A DNA stretch of 64,000 nt. Origin: a bacterium. GTDB lineage: Bacteria; Electryoneota; JAOADG01. The stretch lies in assembly GCA_963681965.1 (NCBI GenBank), contig OY820579.1, positions 928,001-992,000 on the forward strand, given 5' to 3'. The notes below the pieces were generated by a model that made no database searches, was not told the origin of the DNA, and worked only from the letters and a program-made list of their open reading frames with translations. This document shows, piece after piece, positions 50,556 through 60,815 of this stretch. How positions within the stretch are numbered: position 1 is the stretch's first letter; every line of letters begins with the position of its first letter. Both the position numbers and the translations under genes were made by a program.

Positions 50556-51083
50556 ATGGCAGGCTCAGTTAACAAAGTCATCCTCATCGGTAGACTGGGA
50601 CGCGATCCCGAGTTACGCTATACCCCGAATGGAGCAGCCGTTTGCTCGTTCTCAATTGCCACCGACGATAGTTACACCGACCGTGACGGGCAAAAACAAG
50701 AGCGTACGGAATGGCACAACATTGTTATTTTTCAGAAATTGGGAGAGATCGCTCATCAATATCTGAAAAAAGGATCGCAGGTATATCTCGAAGGTTCAAT
50801 TCGTTCACGGGAATACGTGGACAAAGAGAATGTCAAGCGTCGGATGACTGAAATCGTTGTAAATGAAATGCAAATGCTTGGCAGTAAACCTCGTGATGAC
50901 GAAGAGCATCCCGACGCAGGTGGTTATGGCAAAGTCTATGGATCGCGTCCGACTCAGGGTCCATCCGGACCGAAATCACCACCTAGTCAGTCTGGGAGTG
51001 CTCGGGGGGCTCGACCGACGCCTCCTCCGGCTTCTCCGGGAGGCGCTCCAACGGGTGAGCTGGAAGACGACCTGCCGTTCTAA
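50556..51083 (+). CDS. ssb: Single-stranded DNA-binding protein
   Basis: SVNKVILIGRLGRDPELRYT, TEWH, C-terminal DDLPF. Confidence 0.97.
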   Translation: MAGSVNKVILIGRLGRDPELRYTPNGAAVCSFSIATDDSYTDRDGQKQERTEWHNIVIFQKLGEIAHQYLKKGSQVYLEGSIRSREYVDKENVKRRMTEIVVNEMQMLGSKPRDDEEHPDAGGYGKVYGSRPTQGPSGPKSPPSQSGSARGARPTPPPASPGGAPTGELEDDLPF

Positions 51084-51193
51084 AAAATCATATTACCTGT
51101 TATTTATTATTGTTTTGACCCAAACAGACTACTTTGAGAGGGCAAGGTTTCACAACTCTCGGGTCAGGATTTTTTGATAATCGGATTCTCGGC

Positions 51194-51223
51194 TTGACAT
51201 ATCCGGCAAGGAGCGTATAAACT
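51194..51223 (+). promoter_or_regulatory. Sigma70-type promoter of the giant surface-protein gene
   Basis: TTGACA (51194-51199) with TATAAA at a 16-nt or TAAACT at an 18-nt spacer; implies a 5' UTR of about 160 nt. Confidence 0.6.
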
Positions 51224-51389
51224 TGTTCGAATTCAGTGTATCGTCTTGGACCGTACTGCATCCTCGATTCTCTTCTCCCAAGTAACGATCTCATCAAGAT
51301 TTTGTTCCATAAACCACCCAATTGCTTACTGTGATTTTTTCTAATTCGTTCTCTCTGTTAATTGTACAAAGTGAAATGAGGAGAGTTGT

Positions 51390-54300
51390 ATGACTAATCG
51401 AAAATGGTTCTTCCTGTTCACCGTTTTCATGTTGCTTTCCGTCACCGCGTTGACTGCATTTGCGTCTCCGGGGTCGGGATCGGCAACTCCAAACAGTGAC
51501 GGGCAGTATCTTCAAGACATCGCTAATCGGATGTTGAGAGGCTTACCGGTTACGGCTCAGGAGAAGGCAGATGTAACGCCTTATCTCGAGTCGCAACGCG
51601 GTTATGTCTCACCGATCAGCTCAACCGACGCCGTAAGTGCGGCTCCGGATGGATACGGTTATACCTGGATTGACAACAATGCTCAGGTAACCCCTCCCGG
51701 ACCAACTTACACTTGGATCGACATCAGTACGACCGGAACTACCGGTCCGACCGGTGACGATGTCACGTCAGCCATGGTACCATTGGGATTCACGTTCCCA
51801 TTTTACGGCATGAATTTCACCTCCGTCACGATGAGTACCGACGGTTGGCTCTCGTTTAACAGCGCATTTGCCAGCTTATCGAGTAGCTGGTATTCGCAGT
51901 ATTCGTTGCCATCTGCCAGCATGCCACAAAGCTTGATTGCGGTTCTGTACCGCGACTCTTATGTGACGAGTGCTACTAGTTACATTAAGTATCAGCAGTA
52001 CAATTCCACCACGTTTATCGTACAGTGGAATACTGACTCCGGTGAACAATACGAAGCCATTCTAACATCGGATGGTAATATCAAATTGCAGTACAATGTT
52101 GCCACGGCAAATACCGGAACGATCGGTCTTCAGAACGACGCTCGTACGATTGCCTGTCAATATCAGTATAGCACTGCATGCCCGGTTTCCGGTCGCGCAA
52201 TTTTGTTTGTTCCACCCTGTAACACTGTGACTCAAGTTAGCCCGGCAAACGGGACCATCGGTGTCACTACAGAAACCCAAACGTTGACTTGGGTTGGTGG
52301 ATCTTGCACCGCCAACTACGATCTCTATTGCTCGACAGTTCAGGCAGATGTATCGAGTGGTGCAGTTGCAGCACAACAACTAGTAGGTTCGACTGCGACC
52401 TCTTTTATTATGCCGATTACCGCCGGCAACGTCTATTATTGGAAAGTAGTTGCGCATGGCACTTCGCCTGCAACCAACACTTCCCCGATTTGGACGTTTA
52501 ACACGATCGCGGCGCTGACTGGCACCAAGACGATCAACCCGGCATTACCGACCGGTGGCGATAACTATCAGACCTTCGCCGCTGCCGTTACCGCATTATA
52601 TGCGGCTGGTGCAGGCACCGGTGGTGTAACGTTTAACGTTTCTCCCGGAACCTATATCGAACAAGTCACCTTGACGGGTGCTTATCCCGGTATGGGCGCC
52701 TCCAGTCCGGTCACTTTCCGTGCGGTCGGTGTTGGTGTCAACATCAGCCCGAACGTCACAACCACACTTCAGTACGGTGTAAAACTTTCCGGTGCGCAGT
52801 ATGTAACGTTTGACGGTATCAACATCGTCGACGCCAGCACTGGCACCTATCCACTGTATTATGGATACTGGCTTAACAATAGCGCCGGTACGCTTGGTGC
52901 ACGATATAACACCATCAAGAACGCGACGATTCAAATGCGAATCAACGCATCCTATGCAACCTACGGTGTGTATCAATATTACAATACATCTCCGTATCCA
53001 TCTTCCGCCTTGGGAAGCCAGAGTTACAACCGCTACCTCAACCTGAAGATCTCGAAGGTTCGGTATGGCGTGTACTGCTACTCATATTCTTCCTACCCGG
53101 ATATGGGCAACGAAATCGGCAGCGAAGTTTCCGGTTTCGACAACACCAATCGCTTCGTAATCGGTTCGGCAGTTGGCGATACTATCGGTGGCGCTGGTGC
53201 CGCCTACGGTATCTATGCCAACTACCAGAATGGTCTGTCGATTCACGATATCGATATTAAGAACCTGAAGACTTATACTAGCAGTTACACGATGTACGGT
53301 ATGTATCTGTATTACTCTCCGTATTCTGGTGGTACTGCTTCTCCATTGCTGATTTACAACAACCGTGTTTACGATTTTACCGCGTTGTATACCAGTGGCT
53401 ATACGACCATGTATGGTATCTATTCATACTTGTACTATTCATACGGTCATCAGCGCATCTACAACAACATGGTCTACAATCTGCAACAGACGTATACCGG
53501 TACGGTTACGGCATCGTATTACACGTACGGTATCTATTGCGGATATTATTATCCGACCGTCGTGAACAACACGATCATGTTGAATCAACTTGGTACGCAG
53601 AACTTCTCTTCGGCGTGTCTCTATTACAGTTCGAATTATGCTGCCAACGATACGTGCAAGAATAATATTTTTGCGAACCTGGGTAGCCAGACTTCGACTA
53701 CGCCATATCACGTTGGCATGTACAACCCCTGTACTTACCCGGCAAACTGGATCACGAGTAACAACAGTTACTACATCCCGAATGCTACCGGCGGTTACAT
53801 TGGTTACAATGCCGCAGCTTATCGTGCGACGCTTAGCGCATTTCAGACTGCCTATACGCCGAACGTCGATCTTGCGTCGACTACTGGCGATCCGCTGTTT
53901 AGAAACAGTGCAACGTTACCGTACGATGTCCGCATTCTTGAGAATCAAGGTGCGTCGGTAATTGAAAATCTCGGAACGCCGACATTCGTTACTACCGATA
54001 TCGAAGGTCAAGCGCGTAGCTTGACGACGCCTGATATCGGCGCCGACGAAGGAACGTTCGTTACGTTAGTTCCGACCGCTCCAACTGTATCCTATCCGGC
54101 AAATCCCTCAACCAGCATTCCAACGAATGCGACGTTGATGTGGAACGCATCGGCAGGCGGCTCGCCGATGACTTATGCCGTTTACTACGATGATTTCACT
54201 CCGCCGACGACAGTTCGTGCTAGTGGATTATCCGCTTTGAATTATACACCTTCATCCGAACTCAGCCCGACGACGACCTATTACTGGAAAGTTGTTGCTC

Positions 54301-57300
54301 ACAATAGCTATGGTGATACTCCCGGTGGAATCTGGCAGTTCACGACCAGTGCTGGCGTTGCACCAAATGCGCCTACCGATGCGGCACCTCCAATTTCCGG
54401 CGTTGCCACAACGGCGTTGACGTTTAACTGGGTTGACAACTCCTTGAACGAAACCGGCTTCCCGATCGAACGTTCGACGGACGGTACTACATTCTCGGCA
54501 TTGACAACTGCAGCAATAAATGCCACAACCTATACTAACACTGGTTTGACTCCGTCGACCCGTTACTGGTATCGTGCATACGCGATTGGTACCGGTGGAC
54601 GATCGGCTACCTGGGCATCCGGCGACAGTTGGACGCTTGCCAGTGTTCCTGGTGCACCGACGTTTGGTGCTGCTGCATTCACGACTCTTCAAGTGACTCC
54701 GGCTAACGGTTCGCCTGCCAACTCGGCTGCAGCGACCTATGCAATTCACGAAACCACCACCAACCAGTTCGTTCAGGCAACCGGCGCATTAGGCGCAACT
54801 GCTGTCTGGCAACCGTTGGCAACGTGGGGAACGGTAACCGTTACCGGTTTGTTGCAGGCGACCAGTTACACCTTCGAAGTGAAGGCGCGTAATGGTGCCC
54901 TCATTGAAACCGTTTACGGTCCTACCGGTACCGGTACCACCGGCGATCCGTTCCATCTCGGACCGGATGCTTATGGCTATCGTTTGATCGCCAATAACGG
55001 TACTGGTTACAACTGGATTACCCCGTCTGGCACGGCGACCACGGTGAGTGGCTGGTCGGCCACCGACGACGGTAGCGCAGGTCCGTACAATATCGGCTTC
55101 AACTTCTCGTTCTACGGTCATACTTACACGACGTGGTATGCTGGAAGTAATGGTCGAATTCAGTTTGGTGGACAGAATGCGTACAATTATTCCAGTGCGA
55201 CATTCCCGTTGACTGGTGGCTATCCCGCCGGTGTCTACTTCTGGAACTACGATATGTCGGTCGCCTCGACCACAGTCGTGTACGAAAACCTGACCGCCCC
55301 GAACCGCTTGGTCGTTACCTATACCAACTTCGCCACGCTTGGTGGTTATGGTCCGATTGCGGCTCAGGTCGTTGTGTATGAAGATGGTCGGGTTGATGTG
55401 AATTACGGACCCCGTAACTCAACGACTCAGACGTATTGTGCCGCTGCTGCTATTCAGGATACAAACGGAACAAACGGTTGTCTCCAGTATGCACCGCCGA
55501 CCCCGGATTCGCTGAGAACCTATCACTTCTTCAAGCTGAATGCACCGACGGTTCCGGTTCCTGCCAATACCGCAACTGGCGTTCCGACGAATGCCACGTT
55601 AAGCTGGGTTGGCGACGCCAATGCGACGGGTTACGATGTCTATTTCGGCACATCGGCAACTCCGCCGTTGGTATCTTCGAATCAAACCGGTTTGTCTTAC
55701 ACTCCGGCGACTTTGGATACAATGACTGTGTACTATTGGCGCGTTGACTCCCGCATGGGTTCGACGGTTGTTACCGGTACGCCATGGTCATTCACTTCCG
55801 GTCGGGGAGTTGCACCGAACGCTCCGACGAACGGTCAAATCTTGTCAGCCACGTTGAATACTCTTGGCGGTACGTTTACGGACAACTCCGACAACGAAAC
55901 CGGCTTCATCGTTCAGCGCTCATTGGATGGAACTACCTTTACAAACTATGCAACTCTTTCCGCACATACCGGTACGGGTACGGTTATGTTAGGGGATACC
56001 GGCTTAACCGCCAATACTCATTACTGGTATCGCGTATTCTCAACCAATGCCGCCGGTACTTCCACTGGTTATGCTGCGGCAGATGGTTGGACATTGTCGT
56101 TACCGACGATGGCATTCACAACCACATCATCGGCGACTCCGCTTACTTCGGCAAACTTCGGTATCCGAGTGATTGGCGCTCCGATTACGGTAACCTATAC
56201 GGTTCGTAATACCGGTGGCACGCCGTTGAATATTGGTAGTGTCGTTTCCAGCAATACCGCAGTAACCACAAGCTGGACATCGCAAACGATCGCCGGCGGT
56301 GGCACTCAGAATATCGATGTGATCTGGGCACCGACTGTTGGTGGCGCGCTTGCCAGTACCTTAACGTTTAACTCGGATGCGACCAATAACCCGGTTGTAA
56401 TCAACGTTACCGGTACGGCAATGGCAGTCCATAACTTGCCCATCACGACTGATTTCAGTGGCACCTTCCCACCGTCGGAATGGACCATCATCAATCCCGA
56501 TGCAAGTATTACCTGGACGCAGTACACTTCTCCATACAGTGCTCATATGAACTGGTGGAGCTACGGTACACACGGTGCGTTGGATTATCTGGTCACCCCG
56601 ATTGTTTCGACTGTCGGTGTAACATCAGCCGGATTTGATTTCGACTGGTCCTATTACTATTACTCGTCCTACAATGACTCACTGATGATCAAGTACACGC
56701 TGGATGGCGGTACGAACTGGACAACCATCTGGAAGCGTTGGGGTCACGGCACTGGCACTGACTCGCTACCCGCCGGTACCGGTGGTGCTTCTATGACACC
56801 GGCAACAGCTGGCACTTGGGGTCATGCCTCGATTATGCTCGCTGGCACCGGTTGCTTGGGTCAGCCGCAAGTTCAGTTTGCACTCGTATCCGGTAACGAT
56901 TACGGTGCCGACTTGTACTTGACCAACTTGAACATTTACAACCTTGACGGTGCAGCATTGTCAACCAGTGCTACGTCGTTGTCGTTTGCCGGTGCTTACG
57001 GTAACTGTGCGAATACCCGTTCGATCGTTCTTACGAACACCGGTACTCAACCGTTGCACGTCACTTCGATGACTGCTTCGACCGTTTCGCTCAGTCACCC
57101 GTCGGCGACAATTGCCGTTGGCGCAACCGATACGTTGGTTACCACTTGGACGCCAACCGCTGGCGCAACCTTGGTCGACACCTTGGTCATCGTTTCCGAT
57201 GCACTCAATGGTTCGCCCCGGAAGATTCCGCTTAGCGGCGCTTCGGTGACTCCATTCACCGCGTTGCCCGTTTCCGCAAACTTTGGAAACGTACTCGTGG

Positions 57301-59486
57301 GCGGATCCAAGGTGTTAACAATTGGTCTTACCAATCAAAGTACTTGCCCGCAGCAAATTTCGGCAGTGACCAGTCCCGCGACGGTAACTCCGGAATGGGG
57401 CGCTCGTTTGTTCCCTGCGTTGGGTACTGCTAATATTTCGTTCCTCTGGACACCGACCGTTGCCGGTACGCTCGCTGGTAACGATACGTTGTTCGCCGAT
57501 GGTGGCAATTTGCTTGTTCCGGCAACCGGAACCGCATTAAATGCCTTTGTTGATCGGCAGATGAATGGTGTGACTCCCTGGTTTGCTCCGACCGGTGGAT
57601 TGACCACGACTCCATTTACCTTCACCGCCGGCTTCTATGCAGCGTCGACGATGACAGTTGACTCGGTTGTCGTGATCTTGGGTGCTTCTCGCTACCCGAT
57701 GACTCTTACTGGTGGTACATTGCCTGGTGAACTTGACTATGCAGTTACCACAACGATTCCGACAGTTGGTTCGACGGCTTACACCATCACTGCTTATTAT
57801 CAGTTTGGTGGTGCGCAGACGTACACAACCTCCTCGATTACCGGTCCGACCGTATTGCCGGCTCATACCGGTGGTCCGGATGCAGCAGGCTATTGCTATC
57901 GTACCAGCTTTGCAGATGGCGGTCCAACATTTGGTTGGGTTGCTCATACCGCTTCGGCTGTGACGCAAACAACCTGGACCAGTGTGGACGACGGAAACTC
58001 CGGTGCAGTACCGATCGGATTTTCGTTCCCGTTCTACGGTAACAACTACACGACCATGTATCTTGGCACCAACGGTCGAATCGAATTCGGTGGAACGTAC
58101 GATTACTCGTATAGTCAAGTGACATTCCCGTATGCTTCTGACTCGGCTGCAATCATGTTCTGGAATCGGGATATGCATGTCGGTTATGCGCCGAACACCG
58201 TTGTACGTTACGAAACGTTCACCGATCATTGCGTTATCACTTATGACAGCTTGTCGATATACGGTACAAACGGTGCATCTCGGTTGAGTGCGCAAATCAT
58301 ACTGTATTCGACCGGTCGTGTTGTTTTACAGTATCGCAACTATGTCGGTACTTTATCTCTTAGTTCCGTCGGTATTCAGAATGGTACTGGTTCAACCTAT
58401 CTGGCGTACATCCAGAGTGGTGCGACAATACCAGCTGAAAACTCGGCGATCGAGTTCTATCAACCGGCAATGCTTGCCGCCAACCCAACTTCGGTTGCTT
58501 ACGGTAGTGTTACAGTTGGAACGACGAACAACCAAACAACCTACGTGAAGAATGTTGGCCGCGCCGCGTTGAATATCACCGGCGTGTCCGCACCGGCACA
58601 CGTAACCCCAAGCTGGTTGACTCATACAATTGCCGCTGGCGACTCCGCCTTATTGCAATTGACTTGGGTTCCAACAGCTTCCGGCGACCTGACTGGTAAC
58701 GTCACGTTTACTTCCGATGCCTCGAACAGCTCGTTCGCTATTCCGCTTACCGGTACTGCTTCCGGTTATCCGGATATCGCATTGAACGTCGCTTCGGTTG
58801 CGTTTGGTAACGTGTTGGTTGGTTCGACGTCCAGTTCACAGCTTGTTTACGTACGCAGTACCGGTACGATCCCGTTAACGTTAAACACCGTCACTGGACC
58901 GGCGACATTGGTAGTAACTGAAACACTGCCGATCACGATCCCAGTTGGCGATTCCGCAGCGGTTCATATTAGTTGGCAACCAGGTGCCGAAGGCACGATG
59001 AGCAGCAACGTGGTTTGGGGCAGCAACTCTGTTCCGACCCCCTCGCTGAACCTCCCGTGCTCGGGCTACGGTTACACCCCGGCAGGCGTACCTAACCTGT
59101 CGATCAGCTACAACCTGACACTTACCAAGGTCGTCTTGACTTGGGATCGTCCGGCTGGAACCATTACGGGTTATAAGATCTACCGTAACGCTACTGGTTA
59201 CTTCCACCCGTTGAACGTAGCTCCGCTTCTGACTGGAACGTTGATCCAAACGATCACCGACCCGTCGATCCTGACTTACGAAGACTTGGGCGTAACTGGC
59301 AGGTGGTATTATCGCGTAGTCGCATACAACGATGCATCCTCGACTTCGTCGATCGGTTCAACGACCGGTTCCGCTAAGCGCCTCAACGAGGCTCTCCTTA
59401 GCCCGAACACGACCCTGAATTCGACGACAAAAGTAACTCCGGTTGCACCCGTTACGACCACGACGAAATCACAATTCAAGAAGTAG
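51390..59486 (+). CDS. Giant exported modular protein (nidogen-like 'PDxxGY' repeats, Tyr-rich beta-helix, FN3, choice-of-anchor D/ASH Ig repeats, MAM-like domain); no T9SS CTD
   Basis: Sec signal (..LTAFA); three PDxxGY...GFxFxFYG units; W.DNS.NETGF FN3 repeats; YYW[KR]V repeats; 'FG...N.G...L.I' Ig repeats; ends in a Thr/Ser-rich basic tail. RBS GAGGAG. Confidence 0.85.
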   Translation: MTNRKWFFLFTVFMLLSVTALTAFASPGSGSATPNSDGQYLQDIANRMLRGLPVTAQEKADVTPYLESQRGYVSPISSTDAVSAAPDGYGYTWIDNNAQVTPPGPTYTWIDISTTGTTGPTGDDVTSAMVPLGFTFPFYGMNFTSVTMSTDGWLSFNSAFASLSSSWYSQYSLPSASMPQSLIAVLYRDSYVTSATSYIKYQQYNSTTFIVQWNTDSGEQYEAILTSDGNIKLQYNVATANTGTIGLQNDARTIACQYQYSTACPVSGRAILFVPPCNTVTQVSPANGTIGVTTETQTLTWVGGSCTANYDLYCSTVQADVSSGAVAAQQLVGSTATSFIMPITAGNVYYWKVVAHGTSPATNTSPIWTFNTIAALTGTKTINPALPTGGDNYQTFAAAVTALYAAGAGTGGVTFNVSPGTYIEQVTLTGAYPGMGASSPVTFRAVGVGVNISPNVTTTLQYGVKLSGAQYVTFDGINIVDASTGTYPLYYGYWLNNSAGTLGARYNTIKNATIQMRINASYATYGVYQYYNTSPYPSSALGSQSYNRYLNLKISKVRYGVYCYSYSSYPDMGNEIGSEVSGFDNTNRFVIGSAVGDTIGGAGAAYGIYANYQNGLSIHDIDIKNLKTYTSSYTMYGMYLYYSPYSGGTASPLLIYNNRVYDFTALYTSGYTTMYGIYSYLYYSYGHQRIYNNMVYNLQQTYTGTVTASYYTYGIYCGYYYPTVVNNTIMLNQLGTQNFSSACLYYSSNYAANDTCKNNIFANLGSQTSTTPYHVGMYNPCTYPANWITSNNSYYIPNATGGYIGYNAAAYRATLSAFQTAYTPNVDLASTTGDPLFRNSATLPYDVRILENQGASVIENLGTPTFVTTDIEGQARSLTTPDIGADEGTFVTLVPTAPTVSYPANPSTSIPTNATLMWNASAGGSPMTYAVYYDDFTPPTTVRASGLSALNYTPSSELSPTTTYYWKVVAHNSYGDTPGGIWQFTTSAGVAPNAPTDAAPPISGVATTALTFNWVDNSLNETGFPIERSTDGTTFSALTTAAINATTYTNTGLTPSTRYWYRAYAIGTGGRSATWASGDSWTLASVPGAPTFGAAAFTTLQVTPANGSPANSAAATYAIHETTTNQFVQATGALGATAVWQPLATWGTVTVTGLLQATSYTFEVKARNGALIETVYGPTGTGTTGDPFHLGPDAYGYRLIANNGTGYNWITPSGTATTVSGWSATDDGSAGPYNIGFNFSFYGHTYTTWYAGSNGRIQFGGQNAYNYSSATFPLTGGYPAGVYFWNYDMSVASTTVVYENLTAPNRLVVTYTNFATLGGYGPIAAQVVVYEDGRVDVNYGPRNSTTQTYCAAAAIQDTNGTNGCLQYAPPTPDSLRTYHFFKLNAPTVPVPANTATGVPTNATLSWVGDANATGYDVYFGTSATPPLVSSNQTGLSYTPATLDTMTVYYWRVDSRMGSTVVTGTPWSFTSGRGVAPNAPTNGQILSATLNTLGGTFTDNSDNETGFIVQRSLDGTTFTNYATLSAHTGTGTVMLGDTGLTANTHYWYRVFSTNAAGTSTGYAAADGWTLSLPTMAFTTTSSATPLTSANFGIRVIGAPITVTYTVRNTGGTPLNIGSVVSSNTAVTTSWTSQTIAGGGTQNIDVIWAPTVGGALASTLTFNSDATNNPVVINVTGTAMAVHNLPITTDFSGTFPPSEWTIINPDASITWTQYTSPYSAHMNWWSYGTHGALDYLVTPIVSTVGVTSAGFDFDWSYYYYSSYNDSLMIKYTLDGGTNWTTIWKRWGHGTGTDSLPAGTGGASMTPATAGTWGHASIMLAGTGCLGQPQVQFALVSGNDYGADLYLTNLNIYNLDGAALSTSATSLSFAGAYGNCANTRSIVLTNTGTQPLHVTSMTASTVSLSHPSATIAVGATDTLVTTWTPTAGATLVDTLVIVSDALNGSPRKIPLSGASVTPFTALPVSANFGNVLVGGSKVLTIGLTNQSTCPQQISAVTSPATVTPEWGARLFPALGTANISFLWTPTVAGTLAGNDTLFADGGNLLVPATGTALNAFVDRQMNGVTPWFAPTGGLTTTPFTFTAGFYAASTMTVDSVVVILGASRYPMTLTGGTLPGELDYAVTTTIPTVGSTAYTITAYYQFGGAQTYTTSSITGPTVLPAHTGGPDAAGYCYRTSFADGGPTFGWVAHTASAVTQTTWTSVDDGNSGAVPIGFSFPFYGNNYTTMYLGTNGRIEFGGTYDYSYSQVTFPYASDSAAIMFWNRDMHVGYAPNTVVRYETFTDHCVITYDSLSIYGTNGASRLSAQIILYSTGRVVLQYRNYVGTLSLSSVGIQNGTGSTYLAYIQSGATIPAENSAIEFYQPAMLAANPTSVAYGSVTVGTTNNQTTYVKNVGRAALNITGVSAPAHVTPSWLTHTIAAGDSALLQLTWVPTASGDLTGNVTFTSDASNSSFAIPLTGTASGYPDIALNVASVAFGNVLVGSTSSSQLVYVRSTGTIPLTLNTVTGPATLVVTETLPITIPVGDSAAVHISWQPGAEGTMSSNVVWGSNSVPTPSLNLPCSGYGYTPAGVPNLSISYNLTLTKVVLTWDRPAGTITGYKIYRNATGYFHPLNVAPLLTGTLIQTITDPSILTYEDLGVTGRWYYRVVAYNDASSTSSIGSTTGSAKRLNEALLSPNTTLNSTTKVTPVAPVTTTTKSQFKK

Positions 59487-59497
59487 TAGATTCGGGT

Positions 59498-59524
59498 ACC
59501 CCCTCCGGCTTAGCCGGAGGGGGT
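59498..59524 (+). other. Strong GC-rich hairpin after the giant gene (terminator or mRNA stabiliser)
   Basis: ACCCCCTCCGGC-tta-GCCGGAGGGGGT perfect stem, extendable with CGGG/CCCG; no U tract. Confidence 0.55.
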
Positions 59525-59805
59525 GGTTCCCGGTCACGATTTAAACTTATGCTGCTGGTTGTTACTCTTAGAGAAAAGAGAAGTTAAGTAGTTGAGGAGT
59601 ACATTTTTTCGAGGCGGCATTTGTCGAATTTGGTCTCTTTGAGTTTTAAACTTAGATTAAACAATAGTACAAAAAGTTAATACAAATCACATGATTTTTT
59701 TTTAAGATAGATTGTTCGCTTGCTTTCGCAGAAAAGCCGATTTAATATATCGTTATGTCTGTAGAAAGCGATTTATCAGTTTTTTATTAACATATGGGAG
59801 GTAAC

Positions 59806-60735
59806 ATGAAAGGAAAGGCGCTTGCGATTTTGCTAGCGATCCTTGTTGCCGGAACCGCTTTTGCGTTAGAATCTGGACCATCCAATCCGGTCGGGTTCTT
59901 CACCGTAACTGTCACCCGTGCTGCCAACTCGGTCGGATACAATATGGTTAGTTTTCCGACTTTGCCGGCTAGTGCGACCTTGGCGAATACGATCGGCGCA
60001 CAAGTTCCCGGTAATAACACCAGTTCGTTTGCAACGACGATGTATTGGTACGACAATACCAGTAGCGCGTATTCCAGCGCATATAAGACTGGTACCGGTA
60101 CCACGTGGTCGGGTGCGTTTTCGACTTTGGAATCCCGTAAAGGTTATTATATCGTTCTTCGCAATCGAGCCGGCGTCAATTTGTCTTATGACGTCGTCGT
60201 CGCAGGCGATGTTCGCACGACCGCTTGGGATATGGGCACAATTCAAGTCGGTTACAACATGATTGGTTCCGTTTATGCGGCACCGATTCGTTTGGATTCG
60301 ACTCGTTTGGTTTCTGGTACCACTCGTATGAAAGGTGGTATCAGCCAAGGTCAATCCGACTTGTTAATGTGGTACAATGGTTCTGGATTCTCGACCGCCT
60401 ATTTAAACAATTCTTATGTATGGCAGGGAACTGCGATTACGACGTTGGAACCGGGCAAAGGATATTGGATTGTTCGTCGTTCCGGTCGTACTCCCGCAAC
60501 CTTTGCTTGGAACGATTACCCAGCACCAGCAGGTAGCGGTTCCAGTTCTTCCAGTGGTATTTTGAGCGCCGGCGTTCAACCGACTGTTACGACAACTGCG
60601 ATGCCCAGTCACATCAATGCGACCGCATCGACCAGCAGTGTGAATGTCGGTTCGAAAATCAAGTCGACTCCGGTGACGGCAGCTACGGCAGTGCCAGTAG
60701 TCAACACCACAGCAACTGCGAAGAAGACCAAGTAA
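59806..60735 (+). CDS. Exported protein with N-terminal 'ESxPSNPVG' and two 'GYNM[VI]...TLE..KGY[YW]I' repeats
   Basis: RBS GGGAGG before ATG 59806; signal peptide ending AFA; internal two-fold repeat; Thr/Ala/Val-rich tail ending AKKTK; no CTD. Confidence 0.75.
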   Translation: MKGKALAILLAILVAGTAFALESGPSNPVGFFTVTVTRAANSVGYNMVSFPTLPASATLANTIGAQVPGNNTSSFATTMYWYDNTSSAYSSAYKTGTGTTWSGAFSTLESRKGYYIVLRNRAGVNLSYDVVVAGDVRTTAWDMGTIQVGYNMIGSVYAAPIRLDSTRLVSGTTRMKGGISQGQSDLLMWYNGSGFSTAYLNNSYVWQGTAITTLEPGKGYWIVRRSGRTPATFAWNDYPAPAGSGSSSSSGILSAGVQPTVTTTAMPSHINATASTSSVNVGSKIKSTPVTAATAVPVVNTTATAKKTK

Positions 60736-60815
60736 AGTTTTTGTGTTTGACGTCGACATCGTCTGTCGATGAGATTTTAGGCAAGTAGTCTACCATATTT
60801 TTACATGGAGGAAAG

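Noticed and set aside
57537-58295. 252-aa antisense ORF (and similar ones at 49172-49813, 25182-25880, 32216-32797)
   Set aside because: Shadow or alternative-frame ORFs inside well-supported genes, with no motifs; explained by codon bias.
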